Assembly: GCA_964035545.1 (NCBI GenBank)
Contig: OZ037770.1
Location: 15,180,642-15,244,641 of the forward strand
Source: Bugula neritina
Lineage: Eukaryota > Animalia > Bryozoa
DNA: 64,000 nt
Reading direction: 5' to 3'
The notes below the pieces were generated by a model that made no database searches, was not told the DNA's origin, and was given only the letters and a program-made list of their open reading frames with translations. Below, one piece after another: positions 52,985-63,100 of the stretch. A program made the position numbers and the translations under genes. The first letter of the stretch is position 1. The number at the start of each line of letters is the position of its first letter.

Positions 52985-54141
52985 GGCTAGCTCAGGTAAA
53001 ATCTTTAGGTGTTTAATCCATTCTCACCTTTGAAATACAATGCATTATTACTTCTTCATATTCCAAGATGCCACAAAGTAGAATAAAGTTATTATAATAT
53101 AATGGAAGACAAACATCTAAGAGTATAAAACATTATAATTTTGCATTTGATATTGCAAATTGTAATTAGTATACTATTGCATTTTGATCATTTGTAATTA
53201 CATAATATGCACAAAAAGACTTGGCAAGTAAAAGTTTTTTAAAAGGTTTAGTCCAGTTATGATAAAAGTATGCAATCAATCAGTAAGTATAACAGCTTGT
53301 AGCTAGCCTTCTTAAAGATGCTGTCATATAAACTACCGAAAAGTATCAAAATGAACTCACTTGCTTACAGGAGTCATTATTGACATCTGTTAGCAGGTTA
53401 CCTGCCAACAGATGTCAATATCAGTCACTATTTTGAATAGTACACATAAGTAGCATGCTACTAATTGAATCCCTCCAAAAAATTTGAATATAACAATGCA
53501 ACTTGAAGCTAAACAATCATTCATAACCAAGTAGACTATATGATTGGCTAAAAAATTGTTGAGACCAGAATAGCTTTTGATAGCAGCAAAAGCTCTCAGT
53601 TTGTTTGCTGAGCTAGCTAAGTATTGTTTAGTAAAATACTCTTTTGTCTTTTGTAAAACACAAACAACATGGCCGTAGATCACTAAACAGCAGTTTTTGT
53701 AGCAATTGCTAGTAGCATGAACAGCTGTTCGTTTGTGTATGAGAGAAAGCAATCACTGCTAAATTTTAACTTACAGAAAATTTGAATCTGTTCACCTGAG
53801 AACAGATCATAAGGATTTCTCAACTTTTTCAATAAAACACAAATATATTTCTTCATAACAGTGGTAGCACATGAGCAAATTTTTTTAAAAGTACAATTAA
53901 GTATACAAAGTGTAAATATTGCAAAATATATGAATTGTAAATCAAAGTATAAAATACAATTTACAACAGCCGTTAAGAATTTGTTTACTAAAATTTGCCT
54001 GGAATACACTTTTTTTCAAGAAATTGAAATGCAAGTAAATATTGTGTTTTAAAGTGTTAAAAACTTGATCACCCCTGCTGTAGTCATGTGATCATTTAGT
54101 TTTGAGCATTTGAAGATTAAGGAATACTAGAAGGCTATTTT

Positions 54142-57100
54142 CTAAAGGACTGCTTCTTCTGGGACCAGGAAGACCTTTCTCATATGAGTCAGACGACATC
54201 TGATCTCAGGTATCTGGCCGTAACCTCCTTCGACCTTTTTCTTTTCATAATTGTAGTTTGCACTGTACCTTGCAACCACCTGCTGAATCTACAAACATTA
54301 GGAGTATGAAAAGTACTGGAGAGCACATTGAAGGTTGCTATTAGTATAATGAATGGCACTAGCAGGTTGTTATTAGTATATTGAATGACACTAGCAGGTT
54401 GTTATTAGTATAATGAATGGCACTAGCAGGTTGTTATTAGTATGATGAATGACACTAGTAGGTTGTTATTAGTATGATGAATGGCACTAGCAGGTTGTTA
54501 TTAGTATGATGAATGGCACTAGCAGGTTGTTATTAGTATGATGAATGACACTAGCAGGTTGTTATTAGTATGATGAATGGCACTAGCAGGTTGTTATTAA
54601 TAATATGATGAATGGCACTAGCAGGTTGTTATTAGTATGATGAATGACACTAGCAGGTTTTTATTAGTATGATGAATGGCACTAGCAGGTTGTTATTAGT
54701 ATGATGAATGGCACTAGCAGGTTGTTATTATTATGATGAATGGCACTAGCAGGTTGTTATTAGTATGATGAATAACACTAGCAGGTTGTAAGCCTAGGGC
54801 CACACTGTGCGTATTTTCGCATGCGAAAATTAAAATCACGAGTAGCAAAGGTGTCCACTGTAGCGTCAGTGATGCGTGATAAATAAAGCTTTCATTTTTA
54901 AATCGCACTCGCTTTCAATAAAACGCAATTTACTGGAATATAGCACTAAATAAAGAAATTGGGCTCGCTGAATAGCTACCAGCCAATTAGGTGACTACGA
55001 CAGAGACGATTCGCACTTGCGTTGAAAATGCAGAGCGACAAGTGCGAAGGTTTTCTCAACGCGCACAGTGGACACCTTTGCTACTTGTGATTTCAATTTT
55101 CGCATGCGAAAATACGCACAGTGTGGCCCTAGGCTTAGTATGATGAATGGTAGTCAGCAATGAGCAATGCAGATGCTTTTACTGTGTTAGCTGTCAGCCA
55201 TAAGACAGAATAGGGGAAGATCAGCTTTAAAATTGAGCCAAAACATAAACAGCAGCCATAACAGTCATATTTTTTGCACGATAATTGTAGGCCTATCACT
55301 ATATTATCTGTATATGCAGCTTAACATGAAAACATAACTCCAACAGCATGGCCTATATATTTTTGCTATGTTTTAGTTACTGCCCAGATAGAAATAATCT
55401 AGCAAGCAATAATGTTACTGTCACAAATTCTGAGTGTACATATACCTATGAATAGACTTACGGGGTTTTTCCTAATGATTATACACGAATGTTCATAAAT
55501 ATTCTAGACTGATCAAAGAAATGGGTCATTGTTCATTGTTACTGTTTTGGTTAGTCATGTTAACTACTGCCCAGCAATGTAAACAAGGTATTGCGCAATA
55601 ATTGCGAAATAACCATGGAAATTCCAATGTTTTGTTTTGTTTTGATTCTCTATAAATAGTATTGGCATGTGGGGAATGTTTCCTACTAGAATCTTCTATA
55701 CTGGAATGCTTGAGAATGTTCTAGAGTTTTTTGTTTACTATAAATACTGAGGCAGTTGTGTTTACGAATCAGTTCATTCTTGGAGTTCATTTTTATTAAT
55801 TCATCTGTGCATATCTTACTAAAGGAATAAAGTCTACTTATATCCACAACTCTATTTACTCACAACTGGATTAGCAAGCTGTATGCTACTTGTCTCTACA
55901 CTTCTGACTACCAGACTTTTCGAACTCGTCACACTGCTACCAACAGTTTTGTGACAATTGGGGGCTGCTCCGGGAAGTCTCAGTCGCACACAGGGAAGTT
56001 ATTAGTTACAACGTGAGTATACACAGGATTAATTAACAGTTGTTGAGACATTATGGCGTTGTTGGAAAGAGTGACACAGATGGGTAAAGATCTTGGACTG
56101 GTGGATGACAAGCTCATAGCTTTTGTTGAAAAGAACCTACCCATTTTTGCTGCACAAGAAGAAAAAGAAAAGGACCGAGAGGAAAAAGAAAAGGACCGAG
56201 AGGAGCGGAGATTAGAGCGTGAGGCGGAAAGGATCAGGCAAGAAAATGAGAAAGCCTTAATGGAGATGAAGATAAAAGCTGACCAGGAGGCAGAAGAGAG
56301 AAGACAACGGCATGAATTAAATATGGAAAAGCTGAAAGCTGACACAAGTTTGGAGCACTCAAGACATGAGAGCACCAGGTTAGAAATAGCTAACAAACCA
56401 AAACCAAAAATACCATTCTTTGATGAGAAGGTGGATGAAATGGATAGCTATTTAGAGCGGTTTGAGTGGGTTGCCGAAGGATGTAACTGGGACAAGGGAG
56501 ATTGGCCCTACCATCTCAGTCAGTACCTAAGGGGTACGGCAACAGAAGCTTACATCCGGTTGTCACCTACCGATCGTAGAGATTATAAAAAAGTCAAAGA
56601 AGCCTTGTTGGAGCGCTTTAACTTGACTCAAGAGGGCTACAGAAAAAAGCTCAGAGAGGCAGAAGCTTACGAGGATGAAACTCCTGCCCAACTATTCACT
56701 AGGATAGAAAGTTATGTGCACAAGTGGGTGGAGCTTTCAGGGGGCATGGACATAGCCAAACTAGTGGCGACTGAACAATTTATATCATCATGCCCAGACG
56801 ACCTAGCTGTGCATTTAAAGCAAAGTTCCTACAACAGCAGTGAGGATATGTGTGATGCAGCGTCGCTGTTCTTGCACGCTCGTGGAAGGAAACTAGCAAA
56901 GACAAAGAAAACTAATACAAAAAGGATGGAAAACACACCTGCCGGTAGCATGAATGCTGAACAAGGAAGTAAAAGCGATGGGGCATGCTTCATCTGCAAA
57001 GATAAGTCACACATTGCTCGTAACTGCCCACGGCGAGGGAAGAAGTACTGTTCACATTGCAAGATGAACAACCACAATACGTCAGACTGCAGAAAGTATG

Positions 57101-60100
57101 GTGGGAGGTCAGTGCATGCTGCTGCTGCAATAGGGACTACTCAGAATAAGACTGTGGTCATAGATCCAGGAATCTCATCTAAAGTGGAAGAACCTACAGA
57201 AATCATAGTTAATGGTAAAAAGTTTGTCAACGCTGCTGTCTGCAAGAATGGACCTAAATTCAAAGATGGGGGCACAGCGATATTTGATGCGGAAGTTAAT
57301 GGCCAACGAGCTACTGTAATGCGCGACACCGGCTGTGGTTGCATTGTAGTCAATGCAAAGTATGTGCAACCTCAACACTTGACTGGAGAATCAGTTTATC
57401 TGAATATGGCTGATGCAAGTGTTAGGGAGGCTCAGTGGGCACTTATCTCAGTGCGCTCACCATTTTACAATGGTGTCGTCAAAGCTGCAGTAATGGACAA
57501 GACGATTTGTGACCTGCTTATTGGGAATGTGGACGGAGCAAGATCAGCTGACCAGCCGCTAGAAAACTGGAAGGACTGCGCCGTAACCACAAGAGCTCAA
57601 GCTGTCAAGGAGAAGTCAGGAGACAAACCACTAATGATTGATTCAAATGCTAACCCATTAAGTATAGGGAAAGATGAGATAGCCAGACTGCAGAGGGATG
57701 ACCCCACATTGGAGCGTTTCTTCGATGCAAAAGAAGTGAAGGAGAAAAAGGGATGCACCACTAGGTTTGTGGTGAGGAATAAGATTCTGTACCGTGAGTA
57801 CACCGACTCCGAGTCTGCCAGTGTAAAACCCGTTAAACAACTCATGGTACCCAGTTCACTGAGGAAGGAAGTTCTACAGAAAGCTCATGACTGCACAATG
57901 AGCGGACACCTAGGAGTAAAGAAAACCACTGATAGAGTGCTTTCCAACTTCTTTTGGCCAGGACTAAACGGAGATGTCGTACGTTTCTGTCAGTCATGTG
58001 ACATTTGCCAGAAGACGGTGAAAAAAGGCTCAATCATGAAAGTTCCAGTACAGGAAACTCCACTAATTGACACCCCATTCAAGAGATGTGCAATAGACCT
58101 AGTCGGACCAATTAACCCTCCAAGTGAGAAAGGACACCGCTACATCCTAACTTTAGTTGACTATGCTACAAGATACCCTGAAGCTACACCATTGAAGAAC
58201 ATTGACTCAGCTACTGTAGCTGAAGCGCTGCTTGACATATACAGTCGTGTTGGGATACCAGAGGAGGTGATAAGCGACCAAGGAACTCAATTCATCTCGG
58301 ACTACATGAAAGAGTTTACCAGATTACTTGACATGCGACAACTTCCTACTTCACCATACCATGCAATGGCCAATGGACTTGTGGAAAAGTTCAACGGAAC
58401 CCTCAAGAGTATGTTAAAAAAGTTGTGTGCTAAAGAGCCAAGACAGTGGCATCGATTCATCAATGCGGCTCTATTTGCATATAGAGAAGTCCCACAGGAA
58501 TCAACAGGCTTCGCCCCATTCGAGTTACTCTATGGAAGAACTGTACGTGGACCAATGTACATCCTGCGACAACTTTGGACAAAGGAAGACACTGCCGATG
58601 AAGTCAAGACCTGCTATCAACATGTTTTTGAATTGAGAGAGCGTTTAGATGACATGATGGAAATGGCACTAGCTTCGCTAAAAGACAGTCAAAAAAGATA
58701 CAAACACTATTTTGACAAGAAAGCTAAGCAGAGAGACTTCAAACCTGGTGACAAAGTGCTCATTCTTCTACCTACGGATGGAAATAAATTGCTGATGCAT
58801 TGGCAAGGACCATTCAATATTGAGGAGAAAGTCAGACTGAATGACTACATTATCAACATTAGAGGCAAGAGGAGAACATACCATGCCAACATGCTGAAGA
58901 AATACTTTGAACGGGAGACGCCTACCGACTCTATGACTGCTGGAGCTGTGAGGACTCTAGATGCTGCTGGTGCTGGAATTATTGATCACGATAAGGAAAG
59001 AGAAGAAAGCCAAGATGATTTGTTGGACCTGTACAGTAAGAAACAGCAGAATGATGAGATGGGCTATGTATTTACAGAACTTCAGAATCAAGGTGGAGTC
59101 AATCAAAGGAAAGGACAATGTTGGAGCCGATTATCTAAGCCGAATTGACTCAGAATTTTAAGTAGTTAGGAGAAATGATCAAGATAATTTCTCTTAGAAT
59201 GGGGGGTTGTCACAAATTCTGAGTGTACATATACCTATGAATAGACTTACGGGGTTTTTCCTAATGATTATACACGAATGTTCATAAATATTCTAGACTG
59301 ATCAAAGAAATGGGTCATTGTTCATTGTTACTGTTTTGGTTAGTCATGTTAACTACTGCCCAGCAATGTAAACAAGGTATTGCGCAATAATTGCGAAATA
59401 ACCATGGAAATTCCAATGTTTTGTTTTGTTTTGATTCTCTATAAATAGTATTGGCATGTGGGGAATGTTTCCTACTAGAATCTTCTATACTGGAATGCTT
59501 GAGAATGTTCTAGAGTTTTTTGTTTACTATAAATACTGAGGCAGTTGTGTTTACGAATCAGTTCATTCTTGGAGTTCATTTTTATTAATTCATCTGTGCA
59601 TATCTTACTAAAGGAATAAAGTCTACTTATATCCACAACTCTATTTACTCACAACTGGATTAGCAAGCTGTATGCTACTTGTCTCTACACTTCTGACTAC
59701 CAGACTTTTCGAACTCGTCACACTGCTACCAACAGTTTTGTGACAGTTACTGAAAATAATAAAAATGATTTTTCAAATAAAGATTTTAATTGTTCAACTG
59801 TTAGAAAAAGAATAAAATCTAGCAAGATATTAAAATAACAAAAAGTTTCAGTTTAAAAATACTTTATTTTTAAACTGAATTTTAGTGAAAATAGACACAT
59901 AGTTTGTTACCATTTTGAAAAGGGTGTGAAGATCAAGTTGATGAGCGTATTGGTAGAAGGCGACCACAGAGGCTCGTATTAACCAGGACCCAACTTTCTT
60001 GTCCCTGAAGGCTACATATCCTGATAGAAATAGGCTATAATTGTTAGTGTTTCAACATTTACTAGAATAAAACTAAAACTAAAAATACATGATACTAGTA

Positions 60101-63100
60101 ACTATTTGAGTAATACTGAATCGGTGTGATTACCACAATTAGTTCTAGCTTGTCGTCTGCTATAACTTAGCAATTGAAAAAAAATAAATGTTTTAAACTA
60201 ACTATTTTTTGATGGTCAAGTTCAAGTGCCATTCTACGCATGCAGTCATTTTACCTAATTTAGTACACATTGGAAATCTCTAGTTTTTAGCTATTTCTTA
60301 CAATTTAGCTGCTAATAAACATGGGTTTTTGCTCAAAACTAGTAAAATGTCAATAAATACACCTAAATAATTTGGTTCGTTTTAATCTTGCTTGATTTCT
60401 CATGTTTTTCCTAATTATTCAGCTACTTTTAATTGCGGACACAATCAAATAGCTGCCTCAAAGTCAGCAGTAGTTTACCTGGCTGACTCGCCTTAATCAT
60501 CAACAAGTCGTCTCCTGCAAGAACTTCATTCTGGTTTGACTTGACAGGTTCAGTGTTGGAGGCCCCAGAGCTTCTAGGAAGAAAGAGAGTGACTTAAGTT
60601 ACCATAGATATAAGGTACAGCTTTATATGTCTAAGTGACTATATTATTTAGTTTAATCAAGTGTTGGCATAAGTAATTTTGACTATAGCATCGTAAAAAC
60701 TACTACCACTCGTGAGTTATACTATACAGTGTATGCTGAAAGTGAATTACACATAAATATGCTAATAAATTTGTTATAGTAGAGTATGTACAGCATGTTT
60801 GACTCATTATCCCAGGTATTCATGGTGTCGCTGAAAGAGATCCACTGCTCTTCTGAAAAGCTTGGGTCCTCATCTACGCTCCCCTCACTACTCTCTTCAA
60901 ACTCATCATGGTCATCAGGCAAATCGACTAGACTGTCCTTGTTAACTAGAATGTTATTTTGAGCATTAAAAAATAATAAACAGCTGGAACAAAACTACAA
61001 TAAAACAAAGCTTAAAGGATTGCTCTATCTTGTCTAATAAATGGCCATTTAGGTAAAACACACATAATATTGTGTTTTTCTAAGCATGCATTGACAAAAA
61101 GCATTTGACCAAAGGTAGAAAAAGTTAGTTGAAGTTGAGGGTGTAGATTGGTAACAGCCAAAACGCCGATTTTGAAATGAGCTGGGAACTGTGACGTAAC
61201 AGCGCCAGCATTCCTGCTGGTCACGTGACTATACAAATGAATAACTATAGAAATATGACTGTGAGATGTAATCTTTTAGCTTGCAATTTGTATATTTATA
61301 GAAGTGCAAATGTGAATTATCTCAATCTATAGTTTTTTGACATTTTAAATAACATGTATGTGAAAACATTAGGCTATATTTTGCTTGTAAACATTAGAAA
61401 AAAGCCTTGCAAAAACATGCATTCTTTAGGATGAATGCCTGCGATCGATCTAAACTAAGTCAGATCGTGCAATATTACGGGCACACCAAAGCTGACCTAT
61501 ATAGCGCACTGTAACTGCTTGAGCGTAATTGGTTGATGTTGTGCCCAGCAACCTTGAATACTAGCGTTATAGTTAGCACGTGCAGCATAGTTACTGGCGT
61601 TCACACGTCACGTATTAGGCTATTCTTTTTCATGGCTGAAAATTTTACCTCCCTCAAAATTGGAATTTTGAAAAGCTGTTTTCTAGGCACATATCCCTTT
61701 GCAAAGCCACAATTGTTTGCATACACATTAGATTATAGTTCATAATTATAATGTGATTGTAATAAACTAAGATAGAGCAATCCTTTAAGGGGGCAATGCA
61801 AATGTAACAGATTGCAGCAATACATATAATCTGTTTGTGGCAAATTGAGTTAAATATGAAGCACAACCTGTATGTATGTTAAAGCATGTCTCACCAAACA
61901 TGTTGCGGTTGTGCTTTTCAATAAATAAATGCAAAACTAAACTCTGTGTAAAGATTTACAATCACCCTAAGAATAAATAAAATATACCTCCAGAGCAACT
62001 TTGTATGATCACAACTTTGGGTTTTCCTGTCATGGCAGGAAAATTCTTCGGGGAGATCAAACTCAACAGATCATCCATGGAAACCTCGTCATCTGGTCCA
62101 CCACATCCGCCAATCTTATCTTTCCTTCCATGACTCATTAAGACCAGAAAGAACATTTTGTATGACTCATGCTCCTGGAGGCGACTCTCTTGAATGATTG
62201 CTTCTTTCATCTCCTGTAAAGATTTAAGTAAGTAGTGTTGGAAACTCAAGCTCATGCACTATATTGGTTTATAAAAACAATGGTCTCAGTCTCAACCTAA
62301 AATAGCATTATACCGTAAAATACAAAATTTTTCACTTTTTTTAGTGTTGAAGGTTTTTAGTGTTTGTGAGTGCAATTACTTTAAGAATACTAAAATAGTA
62401 TTATTGATGATCGTTCTTTCTAATTATCTACCAGACAATTGTTAAAGATCGCAGCAGCTTGTCAACAATGAAATATGCTTTAACCACAAAGAGCATGTGT
62501 GTCATTGATTATATAAATTCCTTACTTATATAGTAATACGTAAAATGATGGTTATATAATAGTTTTGCTAAACAGAAGTGGTGTGGTGGTTCGTGGAACT
62601 ACCAGCAGCACAACATGTAGGGTCGCGTAATTGACCCGGAACAATGGATAGCCAATTAGCGTATTCGATAGTTAGCAGCAATTATAGTTTCCTGCTGCTA
62701 AGTCAGTCGAAGCTAGAGTGTCAAATAGATTAGATGTGTAAATTGTCTGAATATATTGTATCGTTTTTATAATGTATAATTGTGTGTAAAATATACTCGT
62801 TCACTCGACTTATCCTGGTGCAGTTCTATAGCGAATAAGTAGACTCTCTGGATAGCATATCAACCCTAAATCTGGAAAACATAACAGTACTACATAAACA
62901 ACCTTGTGCTCACCTCAGCAGTGTAGTCTTTGTGTTCTCCTGTGACGACAAAGTCCAGCTTACTCAGCATGTTCTTGACATTCTGAAAGTCAACTTCAGA
63001 ACCAACTCTGGTGTTGCTGGAACTATTAGAGATGATTAGTGCCCTCCCTCTGGGTGAAGACATGGGGTAAACTTGAGGCATCTGCAATTTTAGAAAAAGT

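Larger units (their letters stand above)
55419..59745 (+). mobile_element. Ty3/gypsy LTR retrotransposon of Gmr1 type (integrase upstream of RT), internally deleted for RT/RNase H
   Basis: 538-bp LTRs 55419-55956 and 59208-59745 (TGTCACAA...TTGTGACA), identical by eye. 5-bp TSD GTTAC at 55414-55418 and 59746-59750. tRNA-Pro-like PBS TGGGGGCTGCTCCGGGA at 55959. Polypurine tract AGAATGGGGGG just before the 3' LTR. Confidence 0.96.

Noticed and set aside
53390-54052. ORFs of 63-120 aa between the two ROCO-caspase genes
   Set aside because: Non-ATG starts, AT-rich composition, no motifs; more likely 3' UTR/promoter sequence.
54341-54788. CRISPR-like regular repeats
   Set aside because: Head-to-tail units with no unique spacers, eukaryotic context, no cas genes.
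55980-58033. Antisense ORFs inside the retrotransposon
   Set aside because: Shadows of the sense polyprotein with no recognisable motifs.
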